The notes beneath the pieces are model-generated. The model was given only the letters and a program-made list of their open reading frames with translations. It did no database searches and was not told the DNA's origin. Below, in pieces: positions 1-9,733 of a stretch of 64,000 nucleotides of DNA. Every line of letters starts with the position of its first letter. Positions within the stretch are counted from its first letter, which is position 1. The stretch covers positions 182,354-246,353 of the forward strand of contig JAKAPK010000001.1 of the NCBI GenBank assembly GCA_021807125.1. The letters are read 5' to 3'. The translations under genes and the position numbers were made by a program. Source of the stretch: Nanobdellota archaeon. GTDB lineage: Archaea > Nanobdellota > Nanobdellia > Parvarchaeales > Parvarchaeaceae.

Positions 1-24
1 CTAAGCCGGTCCAGGAATATATCT

Positions 25-756
25 TTATACTGCATATTTTCTTAACAATACGAAATAATGTGTGCTGCATGAAACAAAAAATATAAAAAGAAAACTGAAT
101 ATTACACTCGAACCAATAGTAGAAGCGTAAAGACTGAGGCTGAACATATTAAGCAATATATTAAGACCAATGTACACCGCAATCAAGGCCGACACTATAC
201 CAAATACTTCCCAAAATCTCCTGCTTGTAAGCAGATAGGAGCTCTTAAGCGCTAGAAGAGGACCTTTCTTGTTGGATACTACTTCCTGTGCGCTCATTGA
301 TAACTTTATGAAGAGGAATATCGATGGTATGACCAATGCGAAGGAGGATGCGAATATGAACACCCATTTTATTAAGCCGCTCCAAAAAAGAAGAGGGTAC
401 ACCTTTATCGAGTGTAGCAACGGCCTCGGTATGGTTTTTTTGTCCATTTTGTTCATGTATAAGCTAATTGTAAGGGACACTGCGTATACCGTTACGGCGC
501 CAAATATTATCAATGTTATAAGAAACATGTATATGGGCATAAAATTTGTAAGGCCAGCGACAGTGTAGTAATTAAGAGCCAAACTTCTCGTTGAAACGAA
601 GCTCCCGACGCTGATATTTGCGTAGAAAGATAAAAGCAACAAAGATGACATTACGATCATTATCAAGAAAGGCACAAGCAATCTTTTGTCATTGTACATC
701 GACAAGAACCCGTTTTTTATTGATTCATTTAGTATGGATTCCGCGCTTTTTCTCAT
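25..756 (-). CDS. polytopic membrane protein, function unknown
   Basis: 243-aa ORF with several long hydrophobic segments; no recognisable catalytic motif. Confidence 0.5.
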   Translation of the reverse strand: MRKSAESILNESIKNGFLSMYNDKRLLVPFLIMIVMSSLLLLSFYANISVGSFVSTRSLALNYYTVAGLTNFMPIYMFLITLIIFGAVTVYAVSLTISLYMNKMDKKTIPRPLLHSIKVYPLLFWSGLIKWVFIFASSFALVIPSIFLFIKLSMSAQEVVSNKKGPLLALKSSYLLTSRRFWEVFGIVSALIAVYIGLNILLNMFSLSLYASTIGSSVIFSFLFIFFVSCSTHYFVLLRKYAV

Positions 757-876
757 AAAACTTATTATTATCTACAACTTTAAAAGTCTTTCAACTCAGG
801 CAAATTGAGGTTATAAGCAAAGGTATAAATTAGCATGGCTCCTAAAAATAAAACATATGAAGAGAAGCTCTAAAAA

Positions 877-2328
877 TTGGAAAAAGTATCACAAGGATCG
901 CTGGAAGACGAGAAAGAAGAAAATGCTCGACAGGAAGAGAAAGAGAAGACTGATGCGAGAAAGAAGCGTCTAGGCGTATCGCGTGTAAATTCAAGCATAA
1001 AACGTTTTTATACTAATTGTTTTCTTCAACAATTAATGCAAAATACGGCGGATCAGGGCGCTAGGATCGAATGGGGTTATTCAGTGAGCAAGTCCAAAAT
1101 ATCTAGTCTCCTATCCGAGTTAAACGATTTTGCCGAAGAGAAGTATGTCGCCAAAGATTTTAACCACACTATTTATTTCAATAACCTAGAACATGAATTG
1201 CCGTTTGGTCTATCTATGCGCGCAAGAAGATACGCTTCTTATACGCTTCCACATTCCTTTAAATTACGCCCTTATGGAAAATGGCTCTTCGAGACAAAGT
1301 ACAGCGAAGGGGATGGTTCGTCAATAAAAGAAAGAGAGGAGCTTTCGCTTGGCGAATCTTTGTCTGTCGCAAAGTGTAATCCGTGTAATCTAACCTTAAC
1401 TTTGCCGCTAGCACCCCACACTGCTGACAGTTATAACCGCGTGCAGTTTGAGGCAAAAGCAGACAATAGTATACGTATTACAGTGGATAGAAATACCGAG
1501 TTCTTCTGGTTACGCAACGGTCTGAATGGGAATAGCATAGGAAAAGAGAATAAGGCGAGAATAGAGATAAAAATGCCGCTTGATAAAATTGATTCCGAGG
1601 CGACGCACAGCCTGCTCGAATTACTAAGCGATAATGGCGCAATGATAGAAATAGGAAAAAAATACGCTGGATATAAAAAACTTGGCAAGTATCTAAGAGA
1701 AGCGGCAAAAATGCCCGTTGAAGAATCTGACACAGAGATAGAAGCAAAATTGTCTTTAAACAGGAAGGACCAATTTATCTTTCATAGGATAAAATACGAT
1801 TTTTATAATGGAGTTTTTAGTGGTTTCAATGTTAGCGGTAGACTTCCGTGGACACTCGAGAGTTCCGCGGTGCACGTTTATGATTTTAATGAAGCGGGTC
1901 GCGTATTAAGGACCAGTATGAAGAGAACGACCACAAAATCCGGCGAACAAATTATGAACGATGATTTTGGCTTGGGCTGTATCCTGAAAAGGACAGAAAT
2001 AAAAGAGAAGAGTGGCCGCTCAAGCGATGCTACCGATCTTCTCAAGAGCATATCAAACACTATAATAAAGAGACGCAAATATTTCATCGTGGAAGATTCG
2101 AATGGAAGTACTTATTGCGTGTCTATGGACGATTCGAGCAATATGCGCAGACACTTGTTCCAGATAGAAGTCGAAAGAACGCTTCTTTCGCCTTCGAAAA
2201 AGGAGGAGGATGCGGCTGTCGATGGTATAGGCCGAATCACAAATGGAATACTGAAAAGATATCCCTACCTTAAGCCCACGACTCTTACAAAGGCAAAATG
2301 GCTTTCATCGATTAAAAATGGCGCATAG
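877..2328 (+). CDS. hypothetical protein, possible VTC/CYTH-like (triphosphate tunnel) domain
   Basis: 483-aa ORF with TTG start (true start uncertain). 'NHTIYFNNLEHELPFGLSMRARRY...WLFETKYSEG' resembles the YFDN...R-R-Y...E-K strand pattern of VTC/CYTH domains. The function call is weak. Confidence 0.4.
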   Translation: MEKVSQGSLEDEKEENARQEEKEKTDARKKRLGVSRVNSSIKRFYTNCFLQQLMQNTADQGARIEWGYSVSKSKISSLLSELNDFAEEKYVAKDFNHTIYFNNLEHELPFGLSMRARRYASYTLPHSFKLRPYGKWLFETKYSEGDGSSIKEREELSLGESLSVAKCNPCNLTLTLPLAPHTADSYNRVQFEAKADNSIRITVDRNTEFFWLRNGLNGNSIGKENKARIEIKMPLDKIDSEATHSLLELLSDNGAMIEIGKKYAGYKKLGKYLREAAKMPVEESDTEIEAKLSLNRKDQFIFHRIKYDFYNGVFSGFNVSGRLPWTLESSAVHVYDFNEAGRVLRTSMKRTTTKSGEQIMNDDFGLGCILKRTEIKEKSGRSSDATDLLKSISNTIIKRRKYFIVEDSNGSTYCVSMDDSSNMRRHLFQIEVERTLLSPSKKEEDAAVDGIGRITNGILKRYPYLKPTTLTKAKWLSSIKNGA

Positions 2329-2391
2329 GCACAAAAATAATAATTAAGCTTCTTTTCTTAGGTTTTTATATGCTCACTGCATATAATCGGT

Positions 2392-4080
2392 GTGACTGCC
2401 CCAAAGGTAAGGTTGAATGAACTTTTGCATCAGTTATCAGCTAGCGATTCTTTGAATAAACACGAGATAGAAAGAAAATTTCTCTTATCGACTCTCCCTT
2501 CTTTAGAAAATGCGGAAGAGTATGAAATAGAGCAACATTATTTGATTATAGACGATGGCCGAGAAGCCAGAATAAGACACGAAAATAACGATTTTTTCAT
2601 AACCGAGAAACTCGGCAGCGGCATAGATAGAATAGAAAGAGAAATGAGGATAACGGGGTCGGATTTTGAATCTTTGTTGGAGCTTTCAAAAGTTAGCATA
2701 AAAAAACGCCGATACAAGATAGGTGTTCAGGGAATAGCAGCATACATCGACGTTTATTCTGGTAAACTGAACGGCTTGAATACCGTGGAGATAGAATTTC
2801 CATCCACTGCAGAAAGCGGAAAATTCCCAGTTCAACCATGGTTCGGAGTCGAAGTAACAAACGCGAGCCGATACAAGAACGTTAGTTTGGCTACTAATGG
2901 TATCCCAAAAAAATTACGCCTTGAGCTCTCAGATAAAGAATCCGGGCTTAAAGAGGCGAAGGAGAGCATTGAACGTATTCTTTCATCTAAGGATAAGCCG
3001 ACCATAGTGATGGTTGCAGGTGGTTCTGCTTCCGGTAAAACTACAGCAATAGCTAGAGGGATTAAAAACATGTTCCCAGATTCTTCTGCGATACTTTCAA
3101 TGGATGACTATTATCGCGGCACTAAATATATATCGGAGCACAGTTTGAACTTTGATGAGCCAAGGGCATTGGACTTGGAGCTTCTTAAAGTCCAGATAAA
3201 AGAGCTTTCTGAAGGCAGGAAAATAATGGCACCGAACTATAGCTTCAAGATTGGAGAACGGACAGGTTATTCTGAGTTTTCGCCGAACAAGCTCATAATA
3301 GTTGAAGGGCTTTTTGCCCTTAGCCCGGAACTGGAAGGTGTCGGAGACTTGAAAATATTTGTTGACACCGGTTCGCACGGCAGGCTACTCAGGAAAATGT
3401 TCAGGGATGTTGAAAGAGCAAGCTGGTCACCAGCGTACACCTTGGAGTATTCGCTGAGCACGGTCGAACCTATGTACGATAAATACATAAAACCGACGGC
3501 TGAAAACGCCGACATCCTTATCAGTAACGAATATAAACCAGAAATAGAGACCAGATCCTTGAGAAGTTGGGAAAAACAGATAAAGCTCAGGATGATGGAC
3601 GACAAGGATGTGCAGAAAAACATAATACTTCTCGGAGCAGAACATATAGCGACACTTCGGCAGAACGACGACTATTACGTGCCAAAAGACAAAGGGTTTA
3701 CATCCGAGGACGAAATACTAAGGGTAAGACACGAAAGCGACAGCTGTTATTTGACTTACAAAGGCCCAAAAAAGGACGGCTCTTCGGAAAGACCGAAGTT
3801 TGAGTTTGAAATAAACGGCAGAATAGAGAAGGAACTCATATCAAGGCTTTATTCCGTGTATAGTCAAATATCAAAGACGCGGGAAGTGTATAGTCTCAAT
3901 GGGATGATATTCACATTGGACGACGTTTACAGGATAGACGGTCCGGAAAGAAAACACATAGGCAAATTCATAGAGATAAGGCTTCCCAAGGATGGAGAGG
4001 AATCCCAGACGGATAAATTGCTTGATGCCCTGCATTTACAATCCGCGGAAAAAATTAACGGGTCTTATTATAAGATATAG
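2392..4080 (+). CDS. CYTH - uridine kinase/PRK-family P-loop kinase - CYTH fusion protein
   Basis: N-terminal 'EIERKFLL' (ExExK CYTH signature). Central 'VAGGSASGKTT...MDDYY...DEPRALD' matches the uridine kinase family. C-terminal 'ILRVRHESDSCYLTYKGPKKDG...FEFEI...KFIEIR' is CyaB/CYTH-like. GTG start. Confidence 0.75.
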   Translation: MTAPKVRLNELLHQLSASDSLNKHEIERKFLLSTLPSLENAEEYEIEQHYLIIDDGREARIRHENNDFFITEKLGSGIDRIEREMRITGSDFESLLELSKVSIKKRRYKIGVQGIAAYIDVYSGKLNGLNTVEIEFPSTAESGKFPVQPWFGVEVTNASRYKNVSLATNGIPKKLRLELSDKESGLKEAKESIERILSSKDKPTIVMVAGGSASGKTTAIARGIKNMFPDSSAILSMDDYYRGTKYISEHSLNFDEPRALDLELLKVQIKELSEGRKIMAPNYSFKIGERTGYSEFSPNKLIIVEGLFALSPELEGVGDLKIFVDTGSHGRLLRKMFRDVERASWSPAYTLEYSLSTVEPMYDKYIKPTAENADILISNEYKPEIETRSLRSWEKQIKLRMMDDKDVQKNIILLGAEHIATLRQNDDYYVPKDKGFTSEDEILRVRHESDSCYLTYKGPKKDGSSERPKFEFEINGRIEKELISRLYSVYSQISKTREVYSLNGMIFTLDDVYRIDGPERKHIGKFIEIRLPKDGEESQTDKLLDALHLQSAEKINGSYYKI

Positions 4081-4123
4081 AGGATAGAATCTATTATTAA
4101 TGGCAAAATATATCAATCTATAA

Positions 4124-4250
4124 GCAGAGGTAGCGAAGTCCGGTCCAACGTACAGGACTTAAGCCCATTATCTGTCTTGTATCAAAACCGATGCAAGGTA
4201 AGACATCCTGCGGCTCAGCGCCCTCGTGGGTTCAAATCCCACCCTCTGCA
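4124..4250 (+). tRNA. tRNA-Leu(UAA) with ~41-nt intron after the anticodon loop position 37
   Basis: Acceptor gcagagg/cctctgc plus discriminator a. Anticodon stem cagga/tcctg is interrupted at 4164-4204. Loop is ct-TAA-g[intron]a. Long variable arm; T arm gtggg-ttcaaat-cccac. Confidence 0.85.
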
Positions 4251-4449
4251 ATTTTATTTTTAAGCTAGTTGTCGGAGAGCGCACCGAACAGGGCAAGTAT
4301 CAATTTACGTAAGTAATCATTGTATCAATACCCCCTTTATAAGCCTGCAATTTACCGTTCTTTTGGGCATTTAACTTACGATCGAACCTAAGGGATATGG
4401 TTAAGCGTTTCCGTGTTTACAACGTCTATCGAATAAGATTTATAAGTGA

Positions 4450-4794
<345 letters not shown>

Positions 4795-4864
4795 TTCTAA
4801 CCGCATTTGATACATTGCAAAGTATTTTAACGACGTCTGTTTCTATCATAAAATCAATAATAGT

Positions 4865-4949
4865 GCTCAGGTAGCGAAATCTGGTAAACGCGTACGACTG
4901 GAGATCGTATGAGAGAAATCTCGCGTGGGTTCAAATCCCACCCTGAGCG
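4865..4949 (+). tRNA. tRNA-Ser(GGA)
   Basis: Acceptor gctcagg/cctgagc plus g. Anticodon arm tacga-ctGGAga-tcgta. Long variable arm; T arm gtggg-ttcaaat-cccac. Confidence 0.85.
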
Positions 4950-4950
4950 C

Positions 4951-5505
4951 TCAGTTTTTGAATAGGTTCTTAGCCGCGTTTACATACTCGGATAGATCAC
5001 TTTCGTGGAAAAGCACCAAAAATATTGTATCTATGCTGTCTTCCGAGTATACAAAGTCTGCAATTGCATTTAATGCCGTTGGAGCCGCAAGCTTTACCGG
5101 GTAACCAAAAGCGCCCGTGCTTATAGAAGGAAAAGATATTGTTTTTAACGAGTTTCTTTTGGCCATAAGCAACGAATTGAAATAAGTATTTTTTAGCAGT
5201 TCTGGTTCCCCGTGCGAGCCGCCGTTCCATACGGGACCAACCGTGTGTATGATTCTTTTTGCTTTTAGCAGTCCAGAGTTCGTCATAACGGCTTCGCCAG
5301 TTGGGAGTCCCATCGGCAGAGTCTTGCGTATCTCTATGCACTCAGCGAGTATGGAAGGCCCGCCCTTTTTGTGTATCGCACCGTCCACACCCCTGCCGCC
5401 CATAAGGGAGCTGTTGGCGGCGTTTACTATCACATCCGTTTCTTCGTCAGTTATGTCTCCTAATTTTATTTTCAATCTAGTATTTTTGATTTTGAATTCG
5501 TACAT
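4951..5505 (-). CDS. macro-domain protein (ADP-ribose / O-acetyl-ADP-ribose hydrolase family)
   Basis: 'GDITDEETDVIVNAANSSLMGGRGVDGAIHKKGG...HTVGPVW...ISFPSISTGAFGYP' are canonical macro-domain motifs. Confidence 0.85.
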   Translation of the reverse strand: MYEFKIKNTRLKIKLGDITDEETDVIVNAANSSLMGGRGVDGAIHKKGGPSILAECIEIRKTLPMGLPTGEAVMTNSGLLKAKRIIHTVGPVWNGGSHGEPELLKNTYFNSLLMAKRNSLKTISFPSISTGAFGYPVKLAAPTALNAIADFVYSEDSIDTIFLVLFHESDLSEYVNAAKNLFKN

Positions 5506-5543
5506 AAAAATCGCTGCACTAAAGTCCTATGTTTTATCGAAAG

Positions 5544-5615
5544 TGGGCCTAAGGAGAGTTGAACTCCTATCTCATCCGTGTAAGGGACGCGTCATAGCCG
5601 TTAGACTATAGGCCC
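5544..5615 (-). tRNA. tRNA-Val(UAC)
   Basis: Reverse complement folds with acceptor gggccta/taggccc plus a, anticodon arm cgtcc-ctTACac-ggatg, and T arm aggag-ttcaact-ctcct. Confidence 0.85.
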
Positions 5616-5647
5616 ATAAAGCACATACGCAAATAACCTATTAATCT

Positions 5648-6235
5648 TTGCAATGCGATTATATAAAAATTATGGATTTAGAAAATTCGAAAAGCGAATG
5701 GAAAACCATAGGAAGACCAGGTTATTTCGGCGCCAAGAGAAATGACACATACTCGCAGTACGACTCAATTTATGGCAAGGACAATTGGAGGATAGTATGG
5801 AAAATAGAAGGTCACTTTTTTGATAAGTATACTGTGTGCACCCTTTATGAGGACGCGTATTTCAGTTTCCTCAAGAACAATCCGAGTATTTTAGAGCAAT
5901 TAGTTTCTTCTGCATCTGATGTATATGACGATGATATATCCAATATGACTTCGGGACTGGATTATGGTGCACAGGAAACAAATAGGACCCATATACAGGA
6001 CATAGCGATAAGACGAGTATTAACCCGGCTTGGAACGAAATTCAAGGGAAGCGAACCGATACAGATAAGGGACAGGTTGGGTACGCATCCATTGAGTAGG
6101 ATACTTTCACCAGGTCAGGTTCCATTCCATAGACAGGAATTAATAGAGAAACCAGAGCTTGAGGGCTGGTGGAACAAATCTTCTGTCGAAAGTTTTTATC
6201 AATCCAACAAGTATCTACAAGTTAAGAAGTCTTAA
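5648..6235 (+). CDS. hypothetical protein
   Basis: 195-aa ORF from TTG; an in-frame ATG at 5672 is a more likely start. No recognisable motif. Confidence 0.5.
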   Translation: MQCDYIKIMDLENSKSEWKTIGRPGYFGAKRNDTYSQYDSIYGKDNWRIVWKIEGHFFDKYTVCTLYEDAYFSFLKNNPSILEQLVSSASDVYDDDISNMTSGLDYGAQETNRTHIQDIAIRRVLTRLGTKFKGSEPIQIRDRLGTHPLSRILSPGQVPFHRQELIEKPELEGWWNKSSVESFYQSNKYLQVKKS

Positions 6236-6263
6236 TAAACCTCAAAAGGATATTATTAAAATC

Positions 6264-6337
6264 GGGCTCGTAGCTCAACTCGGTAGAGCAGCTGGCTCTT
6301 AACCAGCTTGTTGCGGGTTCAAATCCCGTCGGGCCCA
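6264..6337 (+). tRNA. tRNA-Lys(CUU)
   Basis: Acceptor gggctcg/cgggccc plus a. Anticodon arm gctgg-ctCTTaa-ccagc. T arm gcggg-ttcaaat-cccgt. Confidence 0.9.
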
Positions 6338-6456
6338 TTTTTAGTTTTCGAAAATTTTTAAGGTTTAAAATGTTTAGTTAAAAACCTGTACTAATCTAGA
6401 GTTATTGCCGAACTAAAGGTTACACGTTTGCCTTATTCCTGCAAGAGTAACTGCCC

Positions 6457-6487
6457 ATACACTTTTCGGGACTTAGCATTATCCCCC
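6457..6487. repeat. casposon right-TIR-like motif, copy A
   Basis: 'atacacttttcgggacttagcattatccccc' aligns with copies at 7252, 32361, 50378 and 60841. The shared core is ACAyTTTycGG.A..TA.cAyTATCCC. Confidence 0.6.
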
Positions 6488-6556
6488 AAGTGAAGTAATC
6501 AGCATATAGCACGCTGACCTCCTTAATTTCACTAATGAAGGCGCAGTAGAGAAAAT

Positions 6557-7090
6557 TTATAATAAACTTTCTAAAATACTTCTAGACTTTAAAAAATCAG
6601 CCAGGGCGTTAATCTCTTCCTGTAACTCTGTTAAAGAAATATCTGAACGGCAATCTCTTAATAATTCTTCCGGTGCGACATCCAAAGGAGAATAAGATAT
6701 ATGGTGTTTCTTGCAGTACTCTGAGCTCTCATTCCATTTCGTATAGTTCTTAAATTTTAATAGATATTTCTCGCTAAGAGCCGGCTTAAGTTCTTTTTGG
6801 ATATGCCCATAAAGTCCGGCGCCGATACTGACTAAATGCCATTTAACTTCTCTACCGGCATTCCATTCTTTTAATCTTTCTATAATTTCTGAAAAATCCC
6901 CTTTTTCATCGCGGAGCTCGACCCATGGAAATGGGTTGGCACGATCGTCGTGTCCTTCGCATGAGGCAGTAGTTGAGTTATACAGATTTACAGCAGCAAC
7001 TAGAGGTCTTATCTTAATATCTAAGTGAAGCCCGTTTCTGTCTACGATTTTATCAAGGTCATCATCTGTTAATATTTTGCAGTTGCTCAT
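6557..7090 (-). CDS. hypothetical protein
   Basis: 177-aa ORF lying between TIR-like copies A and B; no recognisable motif. Confidence 0.45.
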   Translation of the reverse strand: MSNCKILTDDDLDKIVDRNGLHLDIKIRPLVAAVNLYNSTTASCEGHDDRANPFPWVELRDEKGDFSEIIERLKEWNAGREVKWHLVSIGAGLYGHIQKELKPALSEKYLLKFKNYTKWNESSEYCKKHHISYSPLDVAPEELLRDCRSDISLTELQEEINALADFLKSRSILESLL

Positions 7091-7251
7091 ATTTGTTATT
7101 ACAACATAGACGTATTTAAGTATTATACAGTTATTTCGTGGCTTTATAGACGTTAGCGTCAGTATCCTTAACAGTTTGCTATATCTAGATAATACTTGTA
7201 GATATAAGTAAATAGCTTTTGGATCAAATTAGTTTTAACTACAAAGTGAGC

Positions 7252-7283
7252 GTACACTTTTCGGTACTTAATACTATCCTCCC
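7252..7283. repeat. casposon right-TIR-like motif, copy B
   Basis: 'gtacacttttcggtacttaatactatcctccc'. The first 15 nt are identical to the copy at 32363-32377. Confidence 0.6.
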
Positions 7284-7480
7284 TTTTCAGTTTAGGATAA
7301 TCCAAGCCATATAAACTGCACGCATAACGATATGTGCACGCGTATATATCGAACTAGCTATAATCCGTACATTCTTACGTATTTACGAAGTTAGGAAACA
7401 CGAAAAAAGCGGGTATTACTTTTCGACCCGTATTCATAATTAAACCTTTTATACGAGTCTTTTTCTAAGTCTATTTATCA

Positions 7481-7485
7481 GGAGG
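7481..7485 (+). promoter_or_regulatory. Shine-Dalgarno-like GGAGG upstream of gap
   Basis: ggagg lies 6 nt upstream of the ATG at 7492. Confidence 0.35.
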
Positions 7486-7491
7486 GGCGCT

Positions 7492-8508
7492 ATGAATCAG
7501 ACAAGGGTAGGAGTAGTTGGCTATGGTACCATAGGAAAACGTGTAGTTGACGCCATACGTCTTCAACCGGATTTAAAACTTACAGGAGTTTCAAAAGTAC
7601 GCGCGGATTTCGAATCATCATTTATAACTGAACATGGCATACGTCTGTATGCTGTGACGCAGGAAGCAGATGCAGCAATGAAATCCAGCGGGATAAGTAC
7701 ATCTGGATTATTGAAGGACATGCTCGCCGAATCAGATGTCATTATAGACTGCACTCCGGAAGGCACTGGTGCAAAGAACAAGCAGCTTTATCAGAAAGTA
7801 GGCATAAAAGCCGTGTTCCAGGGCGGTGAAAAACCTGATATAGCGCAAACGTCATTTGTCTCAGAAGTAAACTACGCCGACTCATTAGGCAAGGATTTTG
7901 TGCGCGTCGTATCCTGTAATACGACCGGACTTTGCAGGACGCTAAGCAGAATAAACGAAGAAGTTGGACTAAAAAAAGTAAATGCAGTGATAGTTAGGCG
8001 CGCAGCCGATCCAAACGAAATAAAAAAAGGACCAATAAATTCGCTTGTCCCTAATCCTGCTAAGCTCCCCTCACATCATGCGGAAGACGTACGCACTATA
8101 CTAAAAGGCCTGGATATATTTACTTCTGCAGTCATAGCACCAACTACGCTTATGCACGTGCATGTAGTAAGCGCACAGCTTGAACGTGCTTCAACAAAGG
8201 ATAATATATTGAGCGCACTCAGTAAATCAAGGCGCATAAGACTGGTGGATTCTAGCATGGGAATAGACTCTACAGCATCAATACTAGAATTTGCCAAAGA
8301 TCTTAAAAGACCAAGAAACGACATGCCGGAAGTGGTAGTGTGGTCAGATTCCGTATATGTTAAAGACAATGAGGTACATTATATGCAGGCAGTGCATCAG
8401 GAATCTATAGTAGTACCTGAAAACATAGATGCAGTAAGGGCGATGTTGAAGCTGGAAACAGACCCGCAAAAATCGATAGATATTACTAATCAGAGCCTTT
8501 TGGGTTAA
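7492..8508 (+). CDS. gap: glyceraldehyde-3-phosphate dehydrogenase, archaeal type II
   Basis: 'RVGVVGYGTIGKRV' Rossmann N-terminus and the 'VVSCNTTGL' active-site Cys motif. ~338 aa is the typical length for archaeal GAPDH. Confidence 0.9.
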   Translation: MNQTRVGVVGYGTIGKRVVDAIRLQPDLKLTGVSKVRADFESSFITEHGIRLYAVTQEADAAMKSSGISTSGLLKDMLAESDVIIDCTPEGTGAKNKQLYQKVGIKAVFQGGEKPDIAQTSFVSEVNYADSLGKDFVRVVSCNTTGLCRTLSRINEEVGLKKVNAVIVRRAADPNEIKKGPINSLVPNPAKLPSHHAEDVRTILKGLDIFTSAVIAPTTLMHVHVVSAQLERASTKDNILSALSKSRRIRLVDSSMGIDSTASILEFAKDLKRPRNDMPEVVVWSDSVYVKDNEVHYMQAVHQESIVVPENIDAVRAMLKLETDPQKSIDITNQSLLG

Positions 8509-8509
8509 T

Positions 8510-9673
8510 ATGCAGTTTCCTCTAAGAACTTTAAAGGATGCAGACCTAACAAATAAACGCGTCGTGCTCAGAGTAGACTTTAATGTTCCAATAACCAACG
8601 GTAAGGTCACAAACGACAGGCGTATAAGGGAAGCCGTTCCTACAATACGGCACCTCCTTAGTAAAGGTGCAAAAATAACGCTACTATCCCATCTCGGTAG
8701 ACCGAAAGGCAGGGATGATAGCCTTTCTTTAAGACCCGTAGCTGACGAACTGTCAAAGCTGTTAGGCGTTAGAGTCATACTTATAGATGAAATAAATGAA
8801 AAAACATCGGAAAAAATAGCACAGCTTGGACCTAGGGAAATAGCATTATTGGAAAATATAAGATTTCACGAAGGAGAAGAAAAAAACGACCCAGAACTTT
8901 CTAAACTTTTGTCAAATTTGGGTGACATTTTCGTTTCGGATGCCTTTGGTACTGCACATCGTGCACACAGTTCTACCACAGGTATATCCGACCATCTTCC
9001 ATCATATGCTGGCTTCCTGATGGAAAAAGAACTGAACTTCCTGCACTCGTTGTTAAGGGATATCAAAAGACCGTACGTCGTCGTATTGGGCGGCTCGAAA
9101 GTATCCGATAAAACCGCACTTATAGAAAAGTTTATAGAAGTTGCGGATACGGTGATAGTCGGAGGCGCACTTGCGAATTCATTTTTGAAGGCAAAAGGTT
9201 TCGAAATAGGCAGTTCCAAATTCGATTCCGTTGAAATAGCAAACGAGATACTCAAAAAAGACAGGCTAAACAAGATACTGCTACCTGAGGATGTTGTGGT
9301 ATTGGGAAAATACGGTGAAAAAGCGTCAACAGAAGACGTTTCGGAACTTAAACTAGAAAATGCAATATTTGACATAGGCGCAAAGAGTGCGACACGCTTC
9401 TCGGATACAATCAGGAAAGCGAAGACGGTAGTTTTTAACGGTCCGTTGGGTTTGGCAGAGGATGAACGATTTAAGGCAGGTACAATCGCCGTTTGTAAAG
9501 CGATAAAATCCGTAGACGGCATTAAAGTTGCCTGTGGTGGAGATACGGCAGCATTTGTTGAAAACAACGGCTTAAGCGACTGCTTTAGTTACATATCTAC
9601 AGGAGGAGGAGCTTTTCTTGAGGCTCTGGAAGGAAAGGAACTTCCAGGAATTAAAAATCTAGTAGTACAATGA
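8510..9673 (+). CDS. pgk: phosphoglycerate kinase
   Basis: 'VLRVDFNVP', 'SHLGRPKG', 'NIRFHEGEE', 'FVSDAFGTAHRAHSS' and 'STGGGAFLE' are classical PGK motifs. It starts 2 nt after the gap stop. Confidence 0.95.
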   Translation: MQFPLRTLKDADLTNKRVVLRVDFNVPITNGKVTNDRRIREAVPTIRHLLSKGAKITLLSHLGRPKGRDDSLSLRPVADELSKLLGVRVILIDEINEKTSEKIAQLGPREIALLENIRFHEGEEKNDPELSKLLSNLGDIFVSDAFGTAHRAHSSTTGISDHLPSYAGFLMEKELNFLHSLLRDIKRPYVVVLGGSKVSDKTALIEKFIEVADTVIVGGALANSFLKAKGFEIGSSKFDSVEIANEILKKDRLNKILLPEDVVVLGKYGEKASTEDVSELKLENAIFDIGAKSATRFSDTIRKAKTVVFNGPLGLAEDERFKAGTIAVCKAIKSVDGIKVACGGDTAAFVENNGLSDCFSYISTGGGAFLEALEGKELPGIKNLVVQ

Positions 9674-9733
9674 TTATTTACCGAGAATTTTCCGGAACTT
9701 TATAAATCGCAAAAGTGATATCTATTAGACATT

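Noticed and set aside
835-873. 12-codon mini-ORF (MAPKNKTYEEKL) between the TATA-like box and the 877 ORF
   Set aside because: It is too short to support. It may be a leader peptide or chance, and is noted only because it complicates the start assignment of the 877-2328 gene.
8866-9567. 233-aa minus-strand ORF (similar cases at 20074-20748, 25633-26217, 17570-18100, 34097-34681 and 40432-40803)
   Set aside because: All of them are antisense to strongly supported genes (pgk, ftsZ, P-type ATPase, aIF2-gamma, rrp42, nucleotidyltransferase) and have Ser/Phe/Pro-rich shadow-frame composition.
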